DNA of 64,000 bases from the NCBI GenBank assembly GCA_900542315.1, contig UQMV01000006.1, positions 4,211-68,210 on the forward strand. The letters run 5' to 3'. The notes below the pieces were generated by a model. That model searched no databases and was not told the origin of the DNA. It saw only the letters and a program-made list of their open reading frames with translations. The translations under genes and the position numbers were made by a program. The DNA comes from an uncultured Collinsella sp. GTDB taxonomy: Bacteria > Actinomycetota > Coriobacteriia > Coriobacteriales > Coriobacteriaceae. Below, piece by piece: positions 19,499 through 28,933 of the stretch. Each line of letters begins with the position of its first letter. Position 1 is the stretch's first letter.

Positions 19499-21976
19499 AT
19501 GGAATCGTTGTACCGAAAGTATCGCCCGCTCACCTTCGACTCCGTGGTGGGCCAGCAGCATATCGTCTCGACGCTCGAGCACGCCATCACCGAGGGGCGC
19601 CTGTCCCACGCCTACCTGTTCTGCGGACCGCGCGGCACGGGCAAGACCACCATGGCGCGCATTCTGGCCAAGGCGCTGCTGTGCCGCAATGCCGAGGCGG
19701 CGCGCGCCGAGGGTGCAAGCGGCTGCATGCCCGACGGTACTTGCGAGGAGTGCGAGCTCATTGCCGAGGGTAACCACCCCGATGTCTACGAGCTCGATGC
19801 CGCAAGCCGTACCGGCGTGGACAACGTGCGCGAGGAGATCATCAACTCCGTCAACTTTGCCCCAGTGCGCGGCAAGTACAAGATTTATATCATCGACGAG
19901 GTCCACATGCTCACGACGGCGGCGTTCAACGCGCTGCTCAAGACGCTTGAGGAGCCGCCGGCACACGTGATCTTTGTGCTGTGCACCACCGACCCGCAAA
20001 AGATTCTGGAGACCATTCTCTCACGCTGCCAGCGCTTCGATTTCCACCGCATCGGCAACGAGGATATCGAGCATCGCCTGTCTTACGTGTGCGAGCAGGA
20101 GGGCTTCGATTACGACGACGAGGCACTCGCCATTGTGGCGCGCCATGCCAAGGGCGGTATGCGCGACGCGCTTTCCACGCTGGAGCAGCTGAGCGTCTTT
20201 GGCAACGGTTCTGTGCATGCGGACGACGCCCGCTCGCTTTTGGGCGAGGTTTCGGACCAGATTCTGGGCGAGTTTTCCCGCGCCATTGCCGATCGCGATG
20301 TTGCCGAGCTCTATGGACTGATCCGTGCGCAGGTCGAGGAGGGCAATGACCTGCTGGAGCTGACGCGCGACCTGGTGGCGCATGTGCGCGACGTGTACGT
20401 TGCCTGCGTTGCCGGTGCCCGTGCCGAGCTGTTTGAGGGCGGCTCCGAGCAGGCCGAGGCGCTTGCTGCCGAGGCCGCTGCCTTTGGCGAGCATCCTGCC
20501 GACCGCCTGGCCCGCGTGCTGACGGTGCTCGACGATGCCGCACTGGAGATGAGGGGCGCGAGCGACGTGCGCCTGGTGCTCGAGATTGCCTGCACGCGTC
20601 TGGCGCGTCCCGAGGCCGATTTAACGATTGAGGCATTGGCCGAGCGCGTGGCACGCCTGGAGGCCATGATTGCCAACGGCGCCGTGCCGGCGAGCGTGGC
20701 TGCTGCTCAGGCCGCCGCGCCTGCAGCATCCGTACCCGCTGCTGCCCAACAGCCGACGCTCATTTCGGGCGCTCGTGCTGCCGCTCCGGCGGCATCCGCT
20801 GCCCCCGCTGCTACGTCCGCGCGCCAGGGCGGTATGCCTTGGGACCGCGGCGCTGCTGTTCCGGCTGCCCAGCCTGCGACCAAGTCCGCGGCTCCTGCGC
20901 CGGCGCCCAGACCTGTAACGCCTGCACCTCAGCCCGTTGCGGCTCCGGCTTCCGCGCCTGCTGCATCGACCGTGTCGGTGTCCAAGCCCAACAACGCCGC
21001 CCAGGTTGCCGCCGCCGGTGCTGCCGAGACCCCCGCGGTTGAGGATGCCGGAGAGCTCCAGCGCAAATGGGCCGAGGTCGTCGAGCGCGTCAAGGCTCGT
21101 CAGGCCTCCTACGCAGGGCTTTTGCTCAACGCCCGCGCCACGGCCGACGACGGCTCCAAGCTCACGGTCTCGTTCCCCGCGGGTTCGACTTTTGCCATCA
21201 AGATGCTCGGTCGCGCCGATACGCAGTCGGTGGTCCTGCCGACGGTCTGCGCGGTCTTCGGTCGTCGTACCGTCGACTATGTCCTGGATGGGGGTGGCAC
21301 GCCGGCTCCTCAACATGAGGAGCATTCTCCATCTGCACGGGCTGCGGTATCTGCGGACCCGCAACCCGTGTCCTCGGTGCCCCCTGCATCCTCGAGCGCC
21401 AGCGCGACGCAGCCAAAAGCGGCGCCGGTAGCGGCACCGACCCCGTCGGCGCCTGAACCCGCTGCGCCCAAACCGGCTGCTCCGATCCCCGCGCCCAAGT
21501 CCGCTGCCGCGCCTGCGCCCAAGTCATCCGACCTGGCCAAGGCCCCTTGGCTGCGCTCCGACAACCCTGCCGGTGCTCCTGCCACGGGCAAGCTCCCGAC
21601 CGAGCCCGCGCCCCGAGCGCCCGAGCGCGCGTCCGTCCCCATGGCTCAGCCGCCTGCGCAGGCTGCGCCATGGGAATCCGAGCAGGTGCCCTACGACGAT
21701 GCTATGGTCGGTGGTTTTGCTGCCGATGCCGGCGGGGACGATCTGCCCCCGTTCGACGTGCCGGGTGCGGCGTCCGCGACCAAGGCCGCTGCTGTGGCAC
21801 CCGCAGCCTCTGCAAACGACGACGTCCCCGCCGTTCCCTGGGAATCCAATCCCGGTGCTGGCAGCCCCTTCGGCCATCAGGGCGCAGCCCCGAGCATCCC
21901 GCAGACCGAGGACGAGGCCAAGGCCCTCATCCGCAGCGTCTTTGGCCAGGCCACCATCTTCAAGCCGGTGGAGTAG
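19499..21976 (+). CDS. dnaX: DNA polymerase III subunit gamma/tau
   Basis: The N-terminus MESLYRKYRPLTFDSVVGQQH carries a GPRGTGKTT Walker A box and a zinc-cysteine module, followed by a long Pro/Ala-rich tau C-terminus. GGGGGAG RBS. The ORF-track start at 19025 is an antisense extension. Confidence 0.9.
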   Translation: MESLYRKYRPLTFDSVVGQQHIVSTLEHAITEGRLSHAYLFCGPRGTGKTTMARILAKALLCRNAEAARAEGASGCMPDGTCEECELIAEGNHPDVYELDAASRTGVDNVREEIINSVNFAPVRGKYKIYIIDEVHMLTTAAFNALLKTLEEPPAHVIFVLCTTDPQKILETILSRCQRFDFHRIGNEDIEHRLSYVCEQEGFDYDDEALAIVARHAKGGMRDALSTLEQLSVFGNGSVHADDARSLLGEVSDQILGEFSRAIADRDVAELYGLIRAQVEEGNDLLELTRDLVAHVRDVYVACVAGARAELFEGGSEQAEALAAEAAAFGEHPADRLARVLTVLDDAALEMRGASDVRLVLEIACTRLARPEADLTIEALAERVARLEAMIANGAVPASVAAAQAAAPAASVPAAAQQPTLISGARAAAPAASAAPAATSARQGGMPWDRGAAVPAAQPATKSAAPAPAPRPVTPAPQPVAAPASAPAASTVSVSKPNNAAQVAAAGAAETPAVEDAGELQRKWAEVVERVKARQASYAGLLLNARATADDGSKLTVSFPAGSTFAIKMLGRADTQSVVLPTVCAVFGRRTVDYVLDGGGTPAPQHEEHSPSARAAVSADPQPVSSVPPASSSASATQPKAAPVAAPTPSAPEPAAPKPAAPIPAPKSAAAPAPKSSDLAKAPWLRSDNPAGAPATGKLPTEPAPRAPERASVPMAQPPAQAAPWESEQVPYDDAMVGGFAADAGGDDLPPFDVPGAASATKAAAVAPAASANDDVPAVPWESNPGAGSPFGHQGAAPSIPQTEDEAKALIRSVFGQATIFKPVE

Positions 21977-21997
21977 CTGCGCAGGCGGGTATACTGC

Positions 21998-22471
21998 TCA
22001 AGAAGAGGACCCCTTGTCCGGGCGCATCTGTATTTCGGACATGTGTAGTGTGGTGCCGCGTATCTCGCATTCGAGCAGACAGGTGCGTGACGGTCGGCCT
22101 AGGATGCTGAGGTCGATGCGATACGTCGCATGGCTGTCCGTGTACTCGACTTGCTCGGCGTTAATGGTTGCTCCGATTGCCAAATAAACGCCTAGCTCGG
22201 CATCGACAATCTTGAAGTCCTTTATCTTGACCTTGAACTCTTGATAGAGGGACGGGCTGTTGTAGTAGACGGTTCGGGTTCCGTCGGTGCACTCATCGGT
22301 CGTCTCCCATTTGACGACGGGCTGGTCCGAGCTGGCTATCAGCAGTTCTGCTCCAAAAGCTATGGCATGGGTGATGACAACCAGCAATGCCCAGCCGACA
22401 AAGAGATAGAGAACCACATATGCAACGGGGTGTTTTGAGCGGATGTTTTGGAGCGCGTTGGGGGCATTCAT
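21998..22471 (-). CDS. hypothetical membrane-anchored protein
   Basis: 157-aa ORF in a lower-GC stretch with an N-terminal TM helix and no recognisable domain. Confidence 0.4.
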   Translation of the reverse strand: MNAPNALQNIRSKHPVAYVVLYLFVGWALLVVITHAIAFGAELLIASSDQPVVKWETTDECTDGTRTVYYNSPSLYQEFKVKIKDFKIVDAELGVYLAIGATINAEQVEYTDSHATYRIDLSILGRPSRTCLLECEIRGTTLHMSEIQMRPDKGSSS

Positions 22472-22613
22472 GGGGCACCTCCAAATTACTATCTATGGCA
22501 ATCAAATTATACCCTGCCGCCATGTGCGCCGCCTCGAGCAGCGGTTCGGCATTTAGCTATTTAGTGGCGCACATGAAATGCCGGATTCGGCTCTACTAGA
22601 TTGAGTGTGCGAT

Positions 22614-22649
22614 ATTATGCAACCTTGCATAATTCGACCTTGCATAATC
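22614..22649. promoter_or_regulatory. perfect palindrome ATTATGCAA-cc-TTGCATAAT plus an extra TTGCATAAT half-site in a divergent promoter region
   Basis: Read directly from the sequence; it lies between the 21998-22471 gene (-) and ybaB (+). Confidence 0.4.
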
Positions 22650-22810
22650 TTTGAGTGCGGTTTGTATTGGAGGACATGTATATCGACTGAGGTAACACGT
22701 CCGCCCCGCTCTCTCGCCGCGCGCCGTGGTACGATTTTTGAGTTTGAAAGTCCCGCCGTGCTCCGGCTGCCCTTGCAGCTCGGCGTGCGGCCGCACGTAA
22801 AGGAGCCATC

Positions 22811-23131
22811 ATGGCCGGTATGAACATGCAGCAGATGATGAAGCAGGCTCGCAAGATGCAGGAGCAGCTTGCCGCCGCGCAGGAGAACCTCAAGTCCCAG
22901 ACCGTCGACGCCTCTGCCGGCGGCGGCATGGTCAAGGTGACCGTTAACGGCGAGATGGAGCTCGTCAACCTCACCATCGATCCCGATGCGCTCGATCCCG
23001 AGGACGTCGATATGCTGCAGGATATGATCATGGCTGCCGTCAACGAGGCCGTCCGCGGCGTCAACGAGCTCGCCAACAAGCAGATGGGCGCCATCACCGG
23101 CGGCCTCAACATCCCGGGCATGCCGTTCTAA
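22811..23131 (+). CDS. ybaB: nucleoid-associated protein YbaB/EbfC
   Basis: The N-terminus [20 protein letters not shown] matches the YbaB family, and the dnaX-ybaB-recR arrangement is conserved. Confidence 0.9.
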   Translation: MAGMNMQQMMKQARKMQEQLAAAQENLKSQTVDASAGGGMVKVTVNGEMELVNLTIDPDALDPEDVDMLQDMIMAAVNEAVRGVNELANKQMGAITGGLNIPGMPF

Positions 23132-23144
23132 GACACGCATATAT

Positions 23145-23741
23145 ATGAGTGCCAACCACAGTCTGCAAAAACTGCTCGATGAGCTGGGCCGTCTGCCGGG
23201 CATTGGTCCCAAGTCGGCCCAGCGCATCGCCTATTACCTGTTGGAGGCCGACGCCGAGGAGGCGCGCCGCCTGGCCGAGGCCATCCTGGAGGTCAAGCAG
23301 GAGGTCCACTTTTGCAGCCGCTGCTTTAACTACGCCACGGCCGACGAGTGCTCCATCTGCCAGGACCCGATGCGCGATACCACTCGCATTTGCGTGGTGG
23401 GCGAGCCGCGCGATGTCCAGGCGATCGAGCGCACGGGCAGCTACCACGGCCTCTACCACGTATTGGGCGGCGTGATCAGTCCCATGGACAAGATTGGCCC
23501 CGAGCAGCTGCACATTCGAGAGCTGCTGGCACGCTTGGGCCACGAGGACATCCACGAGGTCATCATCGCCACCAACCCCAATATTGAGGGCGAGACCACG
23601 GCGAGCTATCTGGCCCGTACCATCAAGCCGTTGGGCGTCGAGGTGTCGCGTCTGGCAAGCGGCCTTCCCGTGGGCGGCGACTTGGAGTATGCCGACGAGC
23701 TTACGCTTGGCCGCGCCATCGAGGCCCGTCGCGCGATTTAG
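23145..23741 (+). CDS. recR: recombination protein RecR
   Basis: HhH motif ([13 protein letters not shown]), a C4 zinc finger (CSRC...CSIC) and a Toprim domain. Confidence 0.9.
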   Translation: MSANHSLQKLLDELGRLPGIGPKSAQRIAYYLLEADAEEARRLAEAILEVKQEVHFCSRCFNYATADECSICQDPMRDTTRICVVGEPRDVQAIERTGSYHGLYHVLGGVISPMDKIGPEQLHIRELLARLGHEDIHEVIIATNPNIEGETTASYLARTIKPLGVEVSRLASGLPVGGDLEYADELTLGRAIEARRAI

Positions 23742-23773
23742 GTGGCGAGCCTGCTCCTGCCGTATGTTTTCCT

Positions 23774-23815
23774 CACAGTCGCACGGGGTAGTCATAATTT
23801 CCCCGTGCGACTGTG
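23774..23815 (+). terminator. terminator hairpin after recR
   Basis: 14-bp stem cacagtcgcacggg/cccgtgcgactgtg with a short T-containing tail. Confidence 0.5.
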
Positions 23816-23982
23816 AGTTTGTTGTGCAACAAAGATGCTTCGTATCCGCTTATCGCATGGATGCTTCCGCTCGCATCCTTAATTTGCTCATTCGTTGCGC
23901 AACCTTTTGGGTTCGCTGATACACTCAAATATGGATTCGAATGAATGCGCCGCTCCCGAGCGGCGTGTTTTTGTTGGAGGAG

Positions 23983-24893
23983 AACGCATGCGGCCCGGTG
24001 GCACTCAGACAAAGCGCGGCGCCGCGGTGCGCATACGACGCCGACTGGGCTTGGCGTCGCGGGCGTACGCACTGCTATCGTGCTCGCTGGTGCTGGTCAT
24101 AGCTGGCGTTTCTGCCTATGGCATGACCGTGCCGTCCATGATGCAGGCGCATGCCGCACGCGAACCGCGCGTGGGGCATGAGGTCAAAAGCGATCTGGGC
24201 ACCACGACTGGATATGCTTGGGCAAGTGTGGTCGGGCATATTGTGTTTGGCACCGACGATGCGGACGGCGCCGAGGCCCCGGACAACGAAGTCACGCTTG
24301 CCAATGGCAAAACCATCGTGCTCACCAACACCAAGATCATCGATCGATTGTCCAACAATAGCGTGGCGGCAACGGTGAATAAGGTCGAGCAGCAAAAGGA
24401 GCAGGACGCCCAGCAGTCCGGAAAGCCCGGTAGCTCGGATACTTCTGGCTCCGGCTCGGATTCATCGAGTTCGGGCGGCGGCTCTGGGTCGGGTTCCTCT
24501 ACCGGAGGGCCTGGAAACGGCGGCTCGACGGGCGGCAACACTGACAACGATGCAAACTCCGGCGGCCTTTCCGCTGCTGAGGAAGAGAGCATTCACAGTT
24601 GGCTTGTGACCAAGTACAACATGCTCGACGGCTATGTTTCTCGTGCCAATGACGTGGTCTCGACCTATAACTCTACGGGAGATCCCAGGCCGTGCGACAG
24701 CCTGGTCGGGGAGATGTTTGTCATTCGAGCCGAGTTCGGTCGTCAGACATTCTCGCCCCGGTCAAGGTGGTATCAGCAGTATGCCAATCTGTGGGGCTGT
24801 TACACCAACCTATGTCAATGGGTCGGCCATTACGGCGATGATGACGTCGCGCTCGGTAACTTCAACAATAACGTGGCGGCGCTTGCCCTATGA
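23983..24893 (+). CDS. secreted or membrane-anchored protein with a Gly/Ser-rich linker, unknown function
   Basis: A signal/TM segment and a GS-rich low-complexity region. Its stop overlaps the downstream kinase start (ATGA). The called ORF begins upstream at 23895. Confidence 0.45.
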
Positions 24894-26308
24894 TGACCGA
24901 TCTTGCATCCACCACACCACAATCGCTCGGTCGCGATCCCATGGTCGGCCTGCGCCTGGCGCGTGTCGACGGGTTTGAGCCGGCCATTGCGCTCGGTCAG
25001 GACGAACTGCCTGCCTATCTGCGTCGTTTTACGATACTGTTTGCCGACGATGCCACCATGTGCCGTGGCGGTATCGGCCGCGTGACGCGTGCTGTCAACG
25101 CCCAAGGCGAGGACGTTGCACTCAAACAGCTCATCTTGCCGACGCGCGATGAGTTTGACGACGATGCCGCCCATGAGTCGCTGGTCGCCAAGTTCAAAGC
25201 GGCATTTCGCGAGGAATATGAATGCCATCGCGCCCTTTCGGGCCTTAAGGGCTTTCCCCGCCTCTATGGCTGGGGCGAGGTTGACGGTGTGCCTGCAATT
25301 GTCATGGAATGGGTCGAGGGCGAGACGCTCGCCCGCTTGCGCTCGCGACTCGCCGTGGACGATGCCGGACGCCTATCGCCGCTTGTGGCGGCGCGTCTGG
25401 GTCGCGACCTGTTCGATCTGCTCTGCCGTATGAGCCTGGTGGGCGAGGGCTTTGTCCATCGCGATATCTCGCCCGCTAATATTATGGTGCGCACGGCGCG
25501 TCTACCGCTTGACCGGCAGCTTGCCGAGGGCACCTTTGACCTGTGCCTGATCGACTTTGGCTCATCGCTGGCGCTTGAGCCAGCGTCGGCCGTGGCCGGT
25601 ACCGGCGGCAAGGCATCCTTTACCGAGCGTTATGCCACGCTGCGTCGCGCGACGGTTGCCTATGCCCCGCCCGAGATGCTCACCGACGATATTCCCGACC
25701 TGCGTGCTTTGCGTATGTCGCCGGCGATTGACGTCTATGCCGCGGCAAGCACGGTTTACGAGCTCATTGCCGGCGTCGCGCCATACGAAGCCGCGCCGAG
25801 CACTTCGGGCGCCTCGGGTTCGCGCAAAAGGACGCGCGACATCGCGAGCCCCTACCGTCTTAAGATGGACACGCGGCCCGACTATCCCATTGGTGCCCAT
25901 GCGCCCGGCTGCGATTTGACTCAACTGCTTCGTCGTGAGCCCGATGTGGCGCTCGCCGCGGCCGAGCAGGCCCAGCAGCTAGGGCTTGAGCCGGATTCCG
26001 AAGAGCTACGTGATGCGCTGGCGTTTGTCGATGCCCAGCTGTTCGACGTGGTGATGGCCTGTCTGTCCAGCCATCAAAAAGATCGTCCCGAGCCGGCGGC
26101 GGTCGAGGCGGCGCTCTCGGCGTTTTGTGACCACTATGCGCAAAATGTCGGTCGTTCGCTCCGCGGCGAGCCGCTCACGCCGTGCCCCATGGATGCGTCT
26201 GGCCGCGCGGTTCGTCGCGCGCTGATGGTCGGCGCGACGGTCGTCTGTGGCGTGGTTTGGGCTGTGTCGTGGTTTCGGCCGCGCTGCTGGCGTCGGGCGC
26301 TCGCGTGA
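24890..26308 (+). CDS. atypical Ser/Thr protein kinase (third Hanks kinase in the window)
   Basis: Kinase motifs with substitutions: Gly-loop CRGGIGRV, VALKQL, HRDISPANIM, DFGSS, APPE. Confidence 0.75.
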   Translation: MMTDLASTTPQSLGRDPMVGLRLARVDGFEPAIALGQDELPAYLRRFTILFADDATMCRGGIGRVTRAVNAQGEDVALKQLILPTRDEFDDDAAHESLVAKFKAAFREEYECHRALSGLKGFPRLYGWGEVDGVPAIVMEWVEGETLARLRSRLAVDDAGRLSPLVAARLGRDLFDLLCRMSLVGEGFVHRDISPANIMVRTARLPLDRQLAEGTFDLCLIDFGSSLALEPASAVAGTGGKASFTERYATLRRATVAYAPPEMLTDDIPDLRALRMSPAIDVYAAASTVYELIAGVAPYEAAPSTSGASGSRKRTRDIASPYRLKMDTRPDYPIGAHAPGCDLTQLLRREPDVALAAAEQAQQLGLEPDSEELRDALAFVDAQLFDVVMACLSSHQKDRPEPAAVEAALSAFCDHYAQNVGRSLRGEPLTPCPMDASGRAVRRALMVGATVVCGVVWAVSWFRPRCWRRALA

Positions 26309-26799
26309 CGGCGACTTTGGGATCGCTCGTGTGGTCTGGGTCGCTACCGGGTATTATTGCCGCACTGGCGTTGGCGCTGCCAGGCATAGCCGGCGTTGCC
26401 GCGGGGGCACTTGCGCGCGATCGGCGCTCGGGCTTCCTGCAGGGTGTGCTTGCGCTTTCTGCCTGCGAGGTTCCGGTGCTGGTTGTGGCTGCATGTAGCG
26501 TATTTTCCCAACGCGCCGTGATGGGCGGCCTTGTTGCCGCTCTGGTTGCAACCTATACGCTTACGTGGTTTTTGCTTGCTTTGCCTTTGAACTTCCCGTT
26601 TCGGCACCGCGACGCACAAAAGCCCAGATGGCGACTCCGCTTGCCGGTGGAGCCGCAGCTGCCTGTACTTTTGGCGGACCTGTCGAAGTATCGTCTGATT
26701 CTATTTCTACGACCAAGGAGGCCTAGGTCATGGCATCTCAAGTTGAGCTCACCCCATGCGGGGCCATGTTTGACATCTTTAAGCGCGCGGCGCATCTGA
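26305..26799 (+). CDS. hypothetical polytopic membrane protein (or frameshifted membrane tail of the upstream kinase)
   Basis: A GTG at 26305 overlaps the kinase stop (GTGA); the product has ~4 TM helices. An alternative reading is a +1 frameshift of the kinase. Confidence 0.35.
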   Translation: MTATLGSLVWSGSLPGIIAALALALPGIAGVAAGALARDRRSGFLQGVLALSACEVPVLVVAACSVFSQRAVMGGLVAALVATYTLTWFLLALPLNFPFRHRDAQKPRWRLRLPVEPQLPVLLADLSKYRLILFLRPRRPRSWHLKLSSPHAGPCLTSLSARRI

Positions 26800-27667
26800 G
26801 CCATATCGAGCTGTGCGGCTTGGTGCTTTCGTCCCGTCCGCTCGCCGACGGCCGCAGCCCGCAGAGCCGAGCCGCCGATCGCTCCTGGGTCTCGCGCTTT
26901 ATCGTTCGCGCGCCGGTCGGCACGCTTCAGCAGCGCCACTTTGCCGAATACGGTACCTCGGCTGCGCGTATTATGTCGCAACTGGCCCTGCGCCAGCGCA
27001 ATCCCATGGACTCCACGGCTGTGATCAATATGGTGTGCGGTTCTGCAGGTGAACCGATGGTACGCGCGCTCGAAGAGTGCCACCAGGACACGAATCTCTA
27101 TCGCAACGCGCTCGATCGCCTGTCCCAGGCGGCGGAACTCATGCCCGCCGAGCGCGCCGAGGCCGTGCTGGTGCTGTTTGTCGCCGTCGGTTGTTCGGCG
27201 GATGTGCGGTCCTCGGTGAACTATGCCATCGACTATGCGCACGCGACCTGTGGCGGAGGCACATCCACGCCGCGTTCGCTTGGCATGTCGATGACCGCGG
27301 GCGAACGCGAGCCCGCGCCGGCGCATCCGTTGGGCCTGCTGCGCGTGCAAAACGGCTTTGTGGTGAGTGCCCCGCGCTGGATTCAGCCGAGTGAGCAGGG
27401 TGTTGAGATTGGCGCGCTGGCCACTGGTGAGGGCGATATTACCGACGTCGGCGATGATGTCTCGGCTCGCCATGCCCACATCTAGTGCGATGCTCAAAAT
27501 ATCTGGCACGTCGAGGACTTGTCGTCCACCAACGGAACCGTGGTGGTAAACGGGGCCACGCGCGTTTGCATTCAGGTCGAGCCCGGCCGTTCCGCCCAGC
27601 TCAATCCCGGCGACGAGCTCAAGCTCGGCGAATCCACTACCTATGCCATCCTCTTCGGTGCCCTCTA
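26730..27667 (+). pseudogene. FHA-domain protein gene interrupted by an in-frame amber codon inside the FHA domain
   Basis: GGAGG RBS and ATG at 26730. The frame reads through TAG at 27483-27485, where the paralogous copy at 34210 has TGG (Trp). Downstream, the FHA motifs (DLSSTNGTVVNG...LKLG) continue in frame to 27667. Confidence 0.6.
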
Positions 27668-27790
27668 GCCGGCAGTTAGGGACGTTCCTTTTCTGCCGGC
27701 ACTTGGGGACACTCCTCGGCGCGCCAGAGCCAGTCGCCTGGGGATGGAGAGGCCATTTTGGCCCTTGGCGGTCAGTCGGGGCGAAACTAG
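27240..27790. repeat. direct repeat copy 1 (~550 bp, ~88% identical to 33985-34525), bounding the low-GC island
   Basis: Manual alignment of the FHA 3' coding portion plus ~120 bp downstream. Copy 1 has a 9-nt in-frame insertion and the amber codon. Confidence 0.8.
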
Positions 27791-28010
27791 AAGATCTTTC
27801 CGATTCGCGGCTGTTCATGCTTGTAGAGCATCTAAAACAATAGGATGTTATTCTGGAATATGCCGGGTGCGTGAACTTGCCTGTCTTAGCCTTAATAAGG
27901 TATAGGGGAGTTTGGCTCAGGGGTTCCGTCTTGTTCTTCAGCGCAGTATTGTGGGACAGATTTGCTGAGATTGGCGCCTTACACCGCAGGGCGCACGGAA
28001 GGCTCTCGAT

Positions 28011-28620
28011 TTGTGTTCTGGCCCCAGAATACAGGGCCTGATACTTACCAACTGTGGCATGGATGTAACATCTGTAGAAATCAACCCTTTTGTTGTCGAC
28101 CTTTGTAAGAAAAACACTGCCATCAACTCTTTGGATGACGAAACTAGGGTGCTTGAGGGGAGCCTTTACTCCCCTCTGAGAGATGACTCATGTTTTTCGC
28201 TTGTCGTTGTGAATCCTCCGTTACTGCCGATTCCGGATGAGATTCCTTATCCCTTCGTTTGAGATGGAGGACAATCGGGTCTGGATAAAACACTTCGTAT
28301 TCTTAAGGGTGGCGATACGCATTTAGAGAAAAACGGTAAATACTGCTAATAGGGGTGACGACGATGGTGCAGGGGCGACCCGCGATGCTCTCATCAATAC
28401 GTCGGATACTTGGGAAATCAGGTCTAGATGCATGTATGATGATGCTGTGTGGCTATTCAATTAATCCGCGTTCCGAATGGGTGCAGGGTATAGCTGCGAC
28501 ATCGTATGCTTTTGACCCGGCGCGATACTCAGATATTTCTGAGGCGGTTGACGAAGTTTATACGCACTATGCCGCGCAAGGCGTTTCGGAAGTTTGCACA
28601 TCTACGTTACGGGCTTAGGT
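28011..28620 (+). pseudogene. HemK/PrmC-like SAM-dependent methyltransferase remnant (frameshifted and truncated)
   Basis: Fragments FSLVVVNPP...DGGQSGLDKTLRIL are split over two frames, with no intact N-terminus. Confidence 0.45.
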
Positions 28621-28743
28621 TTCTTCAAGCGAGCAGGCCGGTTGCGTTATTTCGAGCGATTTTTCTAGTCTAGACGACAAAAGGCAAAGGATTTGATGGG
28701 TATAAAACGCGGACGTTTGTGGGCGGATGCTCAAATCTATTGT

Positions 28744-28787
28744 GGCAATCGGGCGGTTGAAAAAGATATTTCAACCGCCCGATTGCC
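28744..28787. promoter_or_regulatory. perfect 19-bp inverted repeat with a 6-nt loop upstream of the ABC exporter gene
   Basis: ggcaatcgggcggttgaaa-aagata-tttcaaccgcccgattgcc. Confidence 0.5.
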
Positions 28788-28933
28788 AGGTTCGTCGGAG
28801 GAGATGTCCGATTCCGACTCTCTTGTAGGAAGAGCTTGAGATCGTATTGGCCCAAGGCAATCTTAAAGCAGTCTCATTGGCAAATCTTCGCTCCTGTTGT
28901 GTTGAGGTGTAAGGTATCAGTGATTGATGTTTT

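Noticed and set aside
22472-22810. Possible SRP RNA (ffs) next to dnaX-ybaB-recR, as in other Gram-positives
   Set aside because: Not rejected outright, but left uncalled. The conserved domain IV sequence (GGAAGGAAGCAGC) was not found here or upstream of dnaX.
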